A stretch of DNA of 64,000 nucleotides, from IMG/VR virus record IMGVR_UViG_3300045241_000083, positions 7,000 to 70,999 of that record. One strand, given 5' to 3'. The DNA is from a virus. A model generated the notes under the pieces. The model was given only the letters and a program-made list of their open reading frames with translations. It was not told the origin of the DNA and did no database searches. Both the position numbers and the translations under genes were made by a program. Positions 1-9,919 of the stretch are shown one piece after another (within the stretch, counting starts at the first letter, position 1; each line of letters opens with the position of its first letter).

Positions 1-923
1 GGGTCTACAAAGACCACGGGCAATCCTGCCGCTTGCGCCTTGTAGGATACGAATTGTCGAAGCTGATCGAATGCCCAACCGCCGAGTTGCCATCTGAACT
101 CGCGCCCGAAACCGTTGCCTCGCTCCCGTATCCCTTTAAGGTTTTCAAGAGCAAGTGCCTTACACGAGAGAATAGCGGATTCGACGATCTGCTTGCTGAC
201 GTTATGGTTCACCCATGCCTGGAACCGCCGATGCTTATGACGGATGCGACAAAGATGACGGTAAGCCGACTTGCTGTGATGTTTCTTCGCCTGATGTTGA
301 AGACCAGCACGAAGGCGGCGCATCTTACGGCGAAGTACCTTTACAGGTTCGCTGCTATGGATTGTTCCTTCGCTATCCGTGGCGATCTGTACGATGCCGA
401 GATCGACACCGAGCATTCCGCCAGATGTATCGGCATGCGGCGGGTCTGGAAGTTTCACAGAGATAGCGAGATAGTAGTTCCCGTCCCGAAAGAGCAGGTC
501 GGCTTCCCCTGTCGCACCTGCTGCTAGTTGATCGCGCTGCTTGCCTCCGTGCGCCAAAGAGAAGGTGAATCGTCCCTTTGTTGTTGTCAGGCTCGCAGAG
601 GAGACGCCCTTCATGGCGAAACAGCGAGCATCATAAACAACGGCCCCACGCGGCCCGAACTGGTGGGGGATGGAACGGTCGGTCTTATAACTGTCGGCGA
701 CCTTCGCGATGGCCCGGACGGTAAGCTGCGCGGGCAGTCCAAATTCCGCGCGGATGGCGTGATAGCATGCGTGGTGAAGATCATAGGTCCGAAACGTCTT
801 GGTCGCCCACGCGTTTTTCGATATGGCATTGCAGGCAAGGTTGAACCGTCGCATCGTATCCGCAAGCGCGGCGGATGAGGTATTATTCGTACGTAGTTTG
901 CAGGTTACCGTCTTCACGAGCAT
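1..923 (-). CDS. tnpB: TnpB-like RNA-guided endonuclease (IS200/IS605 family, solo copy; 3' end beyond window edge)
   Basis: Manual translation from ATG at 923: MLVKTVTCKL...FNLACN...LPAQLTVRAIAKV...YDAR...MLGVDLG (RuvC-I)...NHNVSKQIV...LALENLKGIR (RuvC-II)...YKAQAAGLPVVFVDP. Open to base 1; missing from the ORF track because it has no stop in the window. Confidence 0.9.
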   Translation of the reverse strand, partial: MLVKTVTCKLRTNNTSSAALADTMRRFNLACNAISKNAWATKTFRTYDLHHACYHAIRAEFGLPAQLTVRAIAKVADSYKTDRSIPHQFGPRGAVVYDARCFAMKGVSSASLTTTKGRFTFSLAHGGKQRDQLAAGATGEADLLFRDGNYYLAISVKLPDPPHADTSGGMLGVDLGIVQIATDSEGTIHSSEPVKVLRRKMRRLRAGLQHQAKKHHSKSAYRHLCRIRHKHRRFQAWVNHNVSKQIVESAILSCKALALENLKGIRERGNGFGREFRWQLGGWAFDQLRQFVSYKAQAAGLPVVFVD

Positions 924-953
924 ACATATATTATACCAGGAAGGGGTGGTGAT

Positions 954-1307
954 ATGACGCGAAATTATGAGTACGGCTCGGCGGCAGTTGACCCACCGGA
1001 CGAGCCTGATGACTGCGACGAGGAGCCGGATGAGAAGGCAATAGCAAGGACAGCTGACGAGTTTAAGGAGGCGGCGGAAGTTCAGGGGCACACGAAATGG
1101 CCGATACATAAGTGCAGCATGTGCGGCTACCAATGTGCCTTTCTCTTCAATGCCGGCGAAGTGTCCTATGACAACGGATGCAACTGCGTTACTTTCCGCA
1201 CTCCGCCGTCTCGCCGAACGTGGGATGATGTCGCCGCCCACTACAACAGGCAATCGGACGCAAAGGTAATCGAGAAGATGAACCGATTTTGGGGGTTTGA
1301 CGGATGA
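954..1307 (+). CDS. hypothetical protein with Cys-rich (CSMC/CNC) motif
   Basis: ORF with AGGAAGGGG upstream; stop overlaps next start (ATGA). Confidence 0.65.
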   Translation: MTRNYEYGSAAVDPPDEPDDCDEEPDEKAIARTADEFKEAAEVQGHTKWPIHKCSMCGYQCAFLFNAGEVSYDNGCNCVTFRTPPSRRTWDDVAAHYNRQSDAKVIEKMNRFWGFDG

Positions 1308-2713
1308 GTGATTACGATACATTCCTCCAGTCGAAGCAACTCGTCCTGCCGGATGCGGGCGTACAGGTTGACCGAAGCGCGTTGAACGCCTGCCTCTTCG
1401 ACTTCCAGGCGGCGTCCGTGCAATGGGCGCTCAGGAAGGGGCGCAGCGCCCTATGGCATGACACTGGGTTAGGCAAGACTCGGCAGGAGATCGAATGGAG
1501 TCGCATTGCGGCAGGAGAGACAAACGGCAGGGCGCTGATCGTCGCGCCGCTGGCCGTCGCATACCAAAGCGTCGAGGAAGGCGAGAAGATAGGCGTCACG
1601 TTGAAGTACGCGAAGACGCAGGACGAAGCCGCGTCAGTCGGACTGACAATCACAAACTACGAACGACTGCACAACTTCAATCCTGACTACTTCGGCGCTC
1701 TCTGCCTGGATGAAAGCGGAATCTTGAAGTCCTTCGATGGGGCCACGCGAACTGAACTTATTGCGTTCGGGAGGCAGATACAGTATCGTCTCGCCGGCAC
1801 AGCCACACCCGCGCCCAATGACCTAATTGAACTAGCAAATCATAGTGAATTTCTAGGAATCTCCACTCGCGGGCGTATGCTCAGTACCTTCTTCATCAAC
1901 GGGCAGGTAAATGGGCAGGAGAAGGCGGGATGGCGGCTGAAGGGGCACGCGCGCAAGGCGTTCTTCCGATGGCTTGCGTCGTGGGCCATGTCCATGAAAC
2001 GACCGTCTGATTTGGGATTCTCTGACGAGGGTTTCATCCTGCCGTCGCTCACTATCACGCCAGTCGTCGTCAAGACGGACATCCTGCCTACCGACCGGCT
2101 GCTGTGGGGCGGGCTGAAGGGAATACAGGATCGGAGCAAGGTACGACGCGCAACGCTCATGGATCACGTCTGCAACGCGGCGGACCTAATCGAGGCCGAA
2201 CCGGACGAACAGTGGCTCATTTGGTGCGGCATGAACGACGAGGCCGAGCAGATGCAGAAGGAGTTGGCGCGGCGCGGGCTGGCTTCGGATGAGGTCAAGG
2301 GTAGCGACGACCCGGAGCAGAAGGCTGTGAGGCTCATGGGCTTCGCGCATGGAGCGATACGCCGACTGGTCACAAAGCCGAAGATCGCAAGCCACGGCAT
2401 GAACTTCCAGTCCTGCGCCCGGATGGTGTTCGTCGGTATCGGCGATAGTTTTGAGCAGCACTATCAATGCCTGCGCCGATGCTGGCGGTACGGGCAGACG
2501 CGTCCTGTGAACGCATACCTGGTCTATACCGAGATTGAGGGCGACATCTACAACAACCTCTTGCGCAAGGAGGCGCAGGCCGAGGCGCTTTCCAGCGAGC
2601 TGATCGCGGCAGTTCGGGAGTTCGAGCGGGAAGAGATCGGCATGGCAGGTCCCGTATCGGACCTGTTCGCGCCAAGAGAAAGGATCGCGATACCATCATG
2701 GCTCGGAAGATGA
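1304..2713 (+). CDS. SNF2/SF2-type helicase
   Basis: Walker A DTGLGKT, DESG (motif II), GTATP (III), GMNFQ (V), QCLRRCWRYGQ (VI). Confidence 0.9.
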   Translation: MSDYDTFLQSKQLVLPDAGVQVDRSALNACLFDFQAASVQWALRKGRSALWHDTGLGKTRQEIEWSRIAAGETNGRALIVAPLAVAYQSVEEGEKIGVTLKYAKTQDEAASVGLTITNYERLHNFNPDYFGALCLDESGILKSFDGATRTELIAFGRQIQYRLAGTATPAPNDLIELANHSEFLGISTRGRMLSTFFINGQVNGQEKAGWRLKGHARKAFFRWLASWAMSMKRPSDLGFSDEGFILPSLTITPVVVKTDILPTDRLLWGGLKGIQDRSKVRRATLMDHVCNAADLIEAEPDEQWLIWCGMNDEAEQMQKELARRGLASDEVKGSDDPEQKAVRLMGFAHGAIRRLVTKPKIASHGMNFQSCARMVFVGIGDSFEQHYQCLRRCWRYGQTRPVNAYLVYTEIEGDIYNNLLRKEAQAEALSSELIAAVREFEREEIGMAGPVSDLFAPRERIAIPSWLGR

Positions 2714-3726
2714 GCAATAAGGATGAGCTGTACACCGAGGCGCCTTCGGTTATCGAGCAAGCATCTGGAGAAGGATGGACATTATATAATGGGGACTCAT
2801 GCGTGGTACTACCCCAAATTCCCGACCACTCGATACATCTCAGTATCTTCTCTATTCCATTCTTGGGGTTATACCTGTACTCAGACACGCCGCGCGACCT
2901 TGGCAACTGCCATGAGATAGGAGACTTCCTGAAGCACTTTCGCTTCATCTGCCAGGAACTTCTGCGCGTAGTCAAGCCGGGCCGCCTCGTGTGCTGCCAC
3001 ATACAGGACGTAATCAGCACACGAGCGTCGGACGGCGTGCGGGGCATCAAGGACTTCACCGGACCCGTCTCCGATCTATTCCAGGAAGTCGGCTTCGCCT
3101 ATCAGGGAAAGATCGTAGTCCGCAAGAACCCTCAACTCCAGGCTGCACGCGGAAAGGTGCATGAGTTGATGTTCGCGACCAAGTACCGGGACGCATGCGA
3201 CCTTGCGCCCGTTATGGTCGAGTACATCCAGCTATTCCGCGCTCCTGGCAAGAACGAGGTTCCCGTCGTCAATCCTATCGACAATGAGACGTGGATCGAC
3301 TGGGCGCACGGCGACTGGCCGGAAGACGGTAGGCCGTCCATTCCGAAGGCGAAGAACCCGCCGTACCCGTACGTGGGCGACTTCATCCCCGCCGTCCTGC
3401 CATTCGATAACATCCGAGAGACGGATGTGCTGAATTCGGGAGTGGCGCGTGACACGCCTGACGAAAGACATTGCTGCCCTTTGCAAATCGGACTCATCGA
3501 CAGACTGATTCGTCTCTACACAAATGAGGGCGAAGTGGTATTGGATCCGTTCAGTGGGATCGGATCAACGGCTTACCAAGCAATTCGATTAAATCGGCGC
3601 GCCGTCGGAATTGAGCTAAAGTCCTCTTACCACGCCGTGGCCGTCCGCAACGTCCAGAATGCCTGCGCGTCTAACCTGAAGCTCGATCTGTTCTCGGAAG
3701 ATACGCAAGAGGCTACGGCTATATGA
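2710..3726 (+). CDS. DNA amino-methyltransferase (N4-C/N6-A, beta-class order)
   Basis: Motif IV-like SIPF near the N-terminus, LLRVVKPG, HCCPLQ, VLDPFSGIGST (FxGxG), GIELK. Start placed at the ATGA overlap. Confidence 0.88.
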   Translation: MSNKDELYTEAPSVIEQASGEGWTLYNGDSCVVLPQIPDHSIHLSIFSIPFLGLYLYSDTPRDLGNCHEIGDFLKHFRFICQELLRVVKPGRLVCCHIQDVISTRASDGVRGIKDFTGPVSDLFQEVGFAYQGKIVVRKNPQLQAARGKVHELMFATKYRDACDLAPVMVEYIQLFRAPGKNEVPVVNPIDNETWIDWAHGDWPEDGRPSIPKAKNPPYPYVGDFIPAVLPFDNIRETDVLNSGVARDTPDERHCCPLQIGLIDRLIRLYTNEGEVVLDPFSGIGSTAYQAIRLNRRAVGIELKSSYHAVAVRNVQNACASNLKLDLFSEDTQEATAI

Positions 3727-4133
3727 ACCGCGCCGAGATCACCCGTCAGCAGAAGAACGAGGCCATTACAGCAGGAACAGGATGGATTTACGATACCACG
3801 CGGATGTCTCAAGGCGAGAACGGATTCAGGGATAGCTGGTGGCTCAGGGGCGGCAGAAGATACACCAATCCGCCCGACTACTTCGCGAAAACGCCAGATG
3901 GGGCGATGGCACGCGAGGAGGCGATGAGTTGGCTTATGGAGCGATCTTGTGAGATAGCCGGTATAAACACGTTCTGTTTGCCAGGAAGAGCAGGGTACAT
4001 GTACAACGTTGCATGGAACCTTGACCTGCCTGAAAATGTACTCGCGCAAGGTGACACACTCCCCGAAGCCATAGCCGAGTCGCTATATGCGGCGGTCGTC
4101 GCGATGGAGGCTGAGAATGCCAGTAGCAAGTAG
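3723..4133 (+). CDS. hypothetical protein
   Basis: ORF translationally coupled (ATGA) to the MTase. Confidence 0.6.
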   Translation: MNRAEITRQQKNEAITAGTGWIYDTTRMSQGENGFRDSWWLRGGRRYTNPPDYFAKTPDGAMAREEAMSWLMERSCEIAGINTFCLPGRAGYMYNVAWNLDLPENVLAQGDTLPEAIAESLYAAVVAMEAENASSK

Positions 4134-4566
4134 AGAGGAACTGAAGCGAAAAGCGCACAAAGCCCTAGGCAAGTCTGATAGTGTTGCGTATCGCCTGGAC
4201 ATGCCGGGCGATCTCATCATCCTGCGCGACTACATCGTAGAGCTTGAGGCCGAGCTAGACCGCCTGACCGTCGCCACGACAATGCAGGTTTGTCAGGGCT
4301 GCTCCGAGCAACACTTGCAGCGAGCAGGGTACATGGCGGATGGCCGGTGCGCGAAGTGGTGGCGGAAAAAATGCGCTGCAATGGAACGGTTCGTCCTGGC
4401 TTGCAAACGGATGCTGGATTATGAAGATGAGGCCAGCAGAAACGGAGCCGTGATGCTTGCCATCCCGTCCCCCGAGATGTATAGAAAGATGAGCCGCGAA
4501 ATTCGCTCGGCTCTTGCCGACCCAGCCATCGCCGATCTACTGAAGGAGGGAGGCGAGCATGCCTAG
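4117..4566 (+). CDS. hypothetical protein
   Basis: GGAGG upstream of ATG 4117; packed operon. Confidence 0.55.
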   Translation: MPVASREELKRKAHKALGKSDSVAYRLDMPGDLIILRDYIVELEAELDRLTVATTMQVCQGCSEQHLQRAGYMADGRCAKWWRKKCAAMERFVLACKRMLDYEDEASRNGAVMLAIPSPEMYRKMSREIRSALADPAIADLLKEGGEHA

Positions 4567-4927
4567 TACAACGACTGGACTACACTGCTCGAAATGCGGA
4601 AGCTTGCTCGCAGGATCATGGAGAATAGACGGCGCGCGATATCTATGCTCGGATTGCGCGCCGCCGTTCACGCTTGCGACTCCCGACCTTCAGGCTCAAC
4701 TCGTCGCGTCCGAAGCCCAACGACAGGGACTTGTACTCCAAATTCTTAAAGATACCGAGGAAACTGCGCTCCTGAAGGCTCGGTATCAGGCTCGCGTGAA
4801 GGAGCTGGAGGATGCACTGCGAGACATTGCAGACTATTACGGCCGTGAATACGTCGAGGGCGATAAGGCTTACCAGGCTCTCATCGTCGCACGGAAGGCC
4901 CTCGCCAGCACACAGGCGGAGGGTTAG
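4559..4927 (+). CDS. hypothetical protein, N-terminal CxxC...CxxC plus coiled coil
   Basis: CSKC...CSDC; GGAGG upstream. Confidence 0.6.
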   Translation: MPSTTTGLHCSKCGSLLAGSWRIDGARYLCSDCAPPFTLATPDLQAQLVASEAQRQGLVLQILKDTEETALLKARYQARVKELEDALRDIADYYGREYVEGDKAYQALIVARKALASTQAEG

Positions 4928-4953
4928 TTGCCGACAATCACCCCATCAGTAAG

Positions 4954-4994
4954 CGAGGCCCGGTTACTGTCACTAAAGCAGTAACCGGGCCTCG
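4954..4994. terminator. hairpin between convergent early and late transcription units (probable bidirectional terminator)
   Basis: 16-bp perfect inverted repeat CGAGGCCCGGTTACTG / CAGTAACCGGGCCTCG with a 9-nt loop; no long U-tract. Confidence 0.7.
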
Positions 4995-5016
4995 TTGTCA
5001 GTCAGACTGTCAGCAG

Positions 5017-5601
5017 CTACACCGTCGCACGAGCAAGCACCTGTCGCATGTCCCTCTGCTGCGCCTCCACAACCGCTGCCCGCTCCGTAACCGCTTGCTC
5101 CTTGAGTGTCAGCGCTGCTTCCCGCGACTCAAGGTCAGCCACAGTATGCGCTAGTGCAGCCTCACGGCTCGCTACAGCCCCTTCACGCGCTTTTAGGCTA
5201 TCTGATATGGCCTGAGCATCGGATTTCGCCTGTGCCTGTGCTGCGGCCAATTCAGCTAGTTTATTTTCGGCATCCGTACGAGCTGCGACAGACTGAGCCT
5301 CGGCTCGTTGTGCTACATCAATACGCTTCTGCATCTGGCTACTCAACTCATCGCACTTTGCCTGAGCGTTCGCCACCTCTTTCTGTGACTGAGCAATCTT
5401 GAGGTCGGCCTGACGGCGCTCTTCAGCCGCACTCGCTTGCGCCTTATCAGCAGCGGCCTTCGCGTCGGCGTACTCTTTAAGCTTCGTCTTCGTGCCTTCC
5501 GAATCGGCAACTATCGAAGCTATGATGTCGATGACGGCACTCGCCTGTTGGAGAGAGACTCCGCCCGGTATGATTGCAGATCCACCAGTTACTACGCTCA
5601 T
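5017..5601 (-). CDS. coiled-coil hypothetical protein
   Basis: Ala/Glu/Gln-rich heptads; GGAGG SD. Confidence 0.7.
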   Translation of the reverse strand: MSVVTGGSAIIPGGVSLQQASAVIDIIASIVADSEGTKTKLKEYADAKAAADKAQASAAEERRQADLKIAQSQKEVANAQAKCDELSSQMQKRIDVAQRAEAQSVAARTDAENKLAELAAAQAQAKSDAQAISDSLKAREGAVASREAALAHTVADLESREAALTLKEQAVTERAAVVEAQQRDMRQVLARATV

Positions 5602-5622
5602 ATCGATTGCCTCCGTGTGTTA

Positions 5623-5934
5623 TCAATAATGTATTATGCTGCGTCCCGCGTAGCAGCCGTGGTGGTGCGAACTAGACACGTAGACTATATCATTGTTCGC
5701 GCCTGCGACTGGGCCTGCACCAGGAACGCCGGCTCCGCCCATCCAGAACGCCAGCATACTTGAGAATCCGGGACTCGCTGGTGGAATAGCAGGAACACCA
5801 GCTCCGCCGAGCCAGAACGCCAGCAGGCTTATAGGACCTGCTATAGCGCGTGGGTCGCTTGCCGAATACGACCATTCCGGCTCTGATCCCTGAAGCGTGC
5901 CGGGCGGAGTATATTTGCCCTGATCTATTCTCAT
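5623..5934 (-). CDS. hypothetical protein with duplicated LAFWxGGAGVP motif
   Basis: ORF in the late operon with an internal repeat. Confidence 0.6.
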   Translation of the reverse strand: MRIDQGKYTPPGTLQGSEPEWSYSASDPRAIAGPISLLAFWLGGAGVPAIPPASPGFSSMLAFWMGGAGVPGAGPVAGANNDIVYVSSSHHHGCYAGRSIIHY

Positions 5935-5941
5935 AGCACGA

Positions 5942-7120
5942 CTAAGGCGTCGTCACGATGGCTATAAACCGGGTATCGGCTCCGGTCGATGAGAACTTCA
6001 ATAAGACGTCGTTTCCATTCAAGTCGGATGCAGCCAAGTCGATCTTGTACGCGCCCGCGCTTATTTCGGTCACGCTGTTCGCGCACGCTGCGAATGCACC
6101 TCCATCGAGACTGCGCTGCGCCGATACCGTAAGCCCTGGCTTTCCGCTGACGTGATCTATAGAGTCGACCATCACGAAGGTGAATCCGGCGAGTGACTGG
6201 TTCTTCTTGATATTGCTAGTGATCGTTACAAAACCGCCGGATGTTATCGACAACGCCGAGAAGTTAAGAGGTAAGGTGAACGTCGCCATCCGGCTTGTAA
6301 TGGCCGCGTCAAGATTATCTAGCTTGTCACCGCGCGCATTGGTATAGTGAGCAGGATCGGGAGGCGCAGAGTACACGAGCGTCGTTACAAAGTCCACAAT
6401 CCGTTTTCCAACGCTGCCAGCCGTTGTCAACGCACTCGTGAGCGCGTCCCATATCGCTTGTATCCCAGCAGATGAAAGCGAGTATCCGACCTTGTCGAAG
6501 TTTGTCAGGTTGGTCGTAGTGTCTGTAAGGGTCACGTTTGGAACGCGGATATTCGTCAACGTGTGCGCACCGCTAGCGTCGTGGATATTGTCGAAGTCCA
6601 GGCCAGCTTCCCCGGTGGTTGCGACATCGAGAGTGCGACCGGCAACGGTTGGCTGAAGAGACTTCGTGCTCGTTCCTGATAGGCTGACGGTTGTTGTGGG
6701 TGCGCCGATGTTCGCCCAGTCGATTCCAGCCTCGCCCGTGGTAGTTACGTCGAGCGTCCGCCCAACCGTCGTGGGAGCTAACCTTGTGTAGAGCGGCACG
6801 ATGTTGGCTCCGTCCCAATCGATACTCCCCCCACTGACTACGACGTCGCTCTCTGCCGGAGAGCCTCCAACGCGCTTGAAGACAGCCACTGCGTAGATGC
6901 CTGCGCCGATGGCAGAAGGGAAGGCGACGGTGTAATACCTGCTCGCGGTTCCTTGTTCCGTCATCGCGATTGCGTACTTCGTTGAGGTGAGATTCGCTGT
7001 GACGTATGCCTCGAAAACCTGCGTGTCGGCGCGGTAAGCTGCACCGCTAGCGTCGCGGATCACGCAGTAGATATTGACTGCTGTAACATCGTATTGGACC
7101 TGTATGAACCCTGTAGGCAT
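5942..7120 (-). CDS. putative virion/tail accessory protein
   Basis: Thr/Gly-rich beta-type sequence; internal repeat PTxxGRTLDVxTTGEAG; late operon. Confidence 0.65.
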   Translation of the reverse strand: MPTGFIQVQYDVTAVNIYCVIRDASGAAYRADTQVFEAYVTANLTSTKYAIAMTEQGTASRYYTVAFPSAIGAGIYAVAVFKRVGGSPAESDVVVSGGSIDWDGANIVPLYTRLAPTTVGRTLDVTTTGEAGIDWANIGAPTTTVSLSGTSTKSLQPTVAGRTLDVATTGEAGLDFDNIHDASGAHTLTNIRVPNVTLTDTTTNLTNFDKVGYSLSSAGIQAIWDALTSALTTAGSVGKRIVDFVTTLVYSAPPDPAHYTNARGDKLDNLDAAITSRMATFTLPLNFSALSITSGGFVTITSNIKKNQSLAGFTFVMVDSIDHVSGKPGLTVSAQRSLDGGAFAACANSVTEISAGAYKIDLAASDLNGNDVLLKFSSTGADTRFIAIVTTP

Positions 7121-7123
7121 GAA

Positions 7124-7591
7124 TCAGGCCACTCTCAGCGCGTGAATGCTCGCCTCGGTCGTGTCGAGGCTTCCCAGCGATGGGATCACTCCAACGGAAC
7201 CGAATATACTCAGGGTGTCTCCTGCGGCCGCTGTATACTCCACGTCGGGAAGCGCAACGACTGCCAGCGGACCAGTGAGCGCCGTGACGATGCCCGTGAG
7301 GAGCGCCGTGCTGCTGTTCGCTAGGTCTCCGGCGGTGTTGTTCGTACGTCTACACTTCAGCGTGATTGTCTGGTTGGCCGCAAAGGTCGCTCCGTTCAAC
7401 TTCAGCACTACTCGCGCACGAATACGGTAGGTTCCCGCCGCAACGATTGTGATTGATGGTTGCGTCGTCCCGAACACAAGCGCCGCAGCGGTCGCTGTCA
7501 GGCTATAGGCCGAGCCTGCTGAGTAGGCATCGTAGGACGTGTAAGGAAATATCCGCGCGTTGATCTGATCGAGTACAGACGTGCCAACCAT
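7124..7591 (-). CDS. putative virion protein
   Basis: Beta-rich Ala/Thr/Gly composition; coupled to the upstream gene. Confidence 0.6.
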   Translation of the reverse strand: MVGTSVLDQINARIFPYTSYDAYSAGSAYSLTATAAALVFGTTQPSITIVAAGTYRIRARVVLKLNGATFAANQTITLKCRRTNNTAGDLANSSTALLTGIVTALTGPLAVVALPDVEYTAAAGDTLSIFGSVGVIPSLGSLDTTEASIHALRVA

Positions 7592-8292
7592 CAGTCATGC
7601 ATTCCTATCGTGAATACCCCCGTCGTGCGTCCTGCATCGCCGTGCCCCATTGTGAAGAACGCGTTGGAGCTGACTCCGCCGGCAGGGATCATTGCAACAC
7701 CAGAAATAGCCCAAAGGTCGGTAGAACCTATTCCGGTCCACGTCATAGTCGTCGTGGCTGGCGGAGATATTGGTCCAGTGTCGCTGATGCCAATAGTTCC
7801 GTTTGTCCCGTTGTTTTGCGCACGTTGAGTCTGGGATGCTGTAACACCGGAAGTTGTCTGCGCTGAAACTACGTCGAATATCCAGTCGTTGTCTGATGTG
7901 CTTGTCACACCGACTGTTGCCGATGTAGCGAGCCCGCTGCGGACGTTTCCGTTACTTCCCTCTAGCGGGATTGCTGGGTCCACTCCAGCATAAGACGCCG
8001 CCAAAGCCGTGGACGCTAAGGACGCGGACAATGTGACCGTTATCGTACCTACGCCGGATGTTGGAGCAACGAGATACCAGATCTCGGACCTGTAGTTGCT
8101 CACGGCGTCCGCTCGCAGAAAAGTGAAATTCTGAGCGCCTAGTGTTACTCCCGATACCGTGCCTACCGCGAACAAAGCAACTCCGACGAATAGAATACGG
8201 TTCTGTCCGGCTCCAACTGTGTGCGACCAACTCAGTGTCGATCCTGCTAGATGATACGGTCCACCGGACGCTGCATCGAATGAGATCGCCAT
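7591..8292 (-). CDS. putative virion/tail fibre-associated protein
   Basis: MAISFDAAS...LSWSHTVGAG.NRILFVGV type beta-sandwich sequence. Confidence 0.65.
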   Translation of the reverse strand: MAISFDAASGGPYHLAGSTLSWSHTVGAGQNRILFVGVALFAVGTVSGVTLGAQNFTFLRADAVSNYRSEIWYLVAPTSGVGTITVTLSASLASTALAASYAGVDPAIPLEGSNGNVRSGLATSATVGVTSTSDNDWIFDVVSAQTTSGVTASQTQRAQNNGTNGTIGISDTGPISPPATTTMTWTGIGSTDLWAISGVAMIPAGGVSSNAFFTMGHGDAGRTTGVFTIGMHD

Positions 8293-8296
8293 TGGT

Positions 8297-9916
8297 TTAT
8301 GGGCCAGCCGGATTCATAGATGTCACAGGATCGGCGCCCGCAGTTCCGGTGACGACGCCCTGCCAACTCAACGTAGAGTCGTCCTCCTTGTAAACCGATA
8401 GTGTTCCAGCGATGATCGTCCAGAAGTTCCTAAGGAAGCGGAGTCCTTGTCGCACAGTCCGCACGGTCGGAGACCCGCTGTCTACCCCCACGCTCATGTC
8501 GCGGTCAAGCAACGCATCGGCAATAGCGTTTCGTTCCGTACTCGTGAGTGTTCCCTGCACGTTTCCGACGAGGTTGCCGCCTATATTTCCAGTCACTGAC
8601 CCCACAGCTCCGGTCACGCTTCCGACTGATCCGGTGACACTGGCAGTCGATCCGACCACGTTTCCTCCGACGTTGCCGGTGACTGAGCCAACCGCTCCTG
8701 TAACGCTGCCTACTGATCCAGTAACGGACCCAACGCTTCCGACAACGTTTCCGACAACGTTTCCGACAACGTTTCCATTGACGTTGCCGACGAGGTTCCC
8801 TCCCACATTTCCAGTGACCGACCCTACAGCGCCAGTAACACTTCCGACCGAGCCGACGACATTCCCTCCTACGTTACCTGTCACCGATCCTACAGATCCT
8901 GTGACAGACCCAGCCGACCCGGATAGATTGCCGGTCACATTACCAGTGATGTTCGCCCGAAGATCGACTCCGCCGGTCCCTGCGACAGCCTTCACGCCGT
9001 CGCTCGTACCAGCCGTACCACCGGTGAACAATGCTCCATGCTTACTTGTGCCGTTGCCTGTCGCAACGATCCCGTTCCCTGCGGTCGGTGTGATGGAAAG
9101 ACCGTCTCCACTCGTGGTCGTGATGTCTATGCCGTCTCCGCTTGTCGCTCCACCTACGAATTTAGCGCCAGGCCCGGTCGCTCCACCTTCGATCTGCATG
9201 CCAGGTCCGCTACCCTGGCCGAGTGCGTGGATGCCGAGAGAGTTTCCTGCCTGCGCTTCACCTCGGATACCCGCTCCGCTCGTTGCTCCTCCGAGTGCAT
9301 GGATGCCTCTACCCGTTGCGCCTCCTGTAGCCTTAATGCCATCCGCTGTCCCATTACCACTCGCGTTCAGCCCGTTTCCATTTGCACCGGAAGCGGAGAG
9401 CGTGAGTGCATCGCCTCCGCTGTTGCTGAACGTTACGCCACCGCTGACCGAGAGCGGGCCGGTGTTGGCTCCATTGATATGCAGCCCGTTCGCCGCACCG
9501 GGTGCTGCCATATAAGGATCGAGGCCGGACCAAAGAGGAACAATGGCGTCTGTCTCAACCACGTTCGTGGCACCTAAGATAGATATGAGCAGCGACTTCG
9601 CATTCGCCACAGCAAAGCGCGCATCGGCAATCTGTATCTCGTAAACGCCTTTATGGTTGGTGGCGTCTACTTCCTTGAATCTGCATTTGGTTGCTGTAGG
9701 AGCGGCGTAGGTGCCGAGCGTGGTGATCGACTCGATCGTGCTTCCAGCCTGTGTGTAGACCGTAGCAGTTGCTTCATTGTCGGCTATTGTCGAGATGATA
9801 AGGCCCGCAGAGGAAGACGTGAGGCCGGTTAGTCCCGCTCCAGTGGTTTTGGAGCTGTCGCGGATTTTCACGCGAAGGATGACCGAGCCTTGCCCTGATT
9901 TGACAATCTGCAACAT
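8297..9916 (-). CDS. Gly-rich repeat fibre-like virion protein
   Basis: Long GSVTG/GNVGGNVV and GGAT.G.G repeats consistent with a beta-solenoid fibre. Confidence 0.7.
   Translation of the reverse strand: MLQIVKSGQGSVILRVKIRDSSKTTGAGLTGLTSSSAGLIISTIADNEATATVYTQAGSTIESITTLGTYAAPTATKCRFKEVDATNHKGVYEIQIADARFAVANAKSLLISILGATNVVETDAIVPLWSGLDPYMAAPGAANGLHINGANTGPLSVSGGVTFSNSGGDALTLSASGANGNGLNASGNGTADGIKATGGATGRGIHALGGATSGAGIRGEAQAGNSLGIHALGQGSGPGMQIEGGATGPGAKFVGGATSGDGIDITTTSGDGLSITPTAGNGIVATGNGTSKHGALFTGGTAGTSDGVKAVAGTGGVDLRANITGNVTGNLSGSAGSVTGSVGSVTGNVGGNVVGSVGSVTGAVGSVTGNVGGNLVGNVNGNVVGNVVGNVVGSVGSVTGSVGSVTGAVGSVTGNVGGNVVGSTASVTGSVGSVTGAVGSVTGNIGGNLVGNVQGTLTSTERNAIADALLDRDMSVGVDSGSPTVRTVRQGLRFLRNFWTIIAGTLSVYKEDDSTLSWQGVVTGTAGADPVTSMNPAGP
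8555..8950 (-). repeat. coding degenerate tandem repeats (GSVTGxV / GNVVGNV)
   Basis: e.g. TTCCGACAACGT repeated three times near 8737-8772. Confidence 0.8.
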
Positions 9917-9919
9917 GGC

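Noticed and set aside
33-878. Plus-strand ORFs 33-527 and 528-878
   Set aside because: Antisense shadows of the minus-strand tnpB.
8412-9515. 367-aa Pro/Thr-rich plus-strand ORF
   Set aside because: Mirror frame of the Gly-rich repeat fibre gene.
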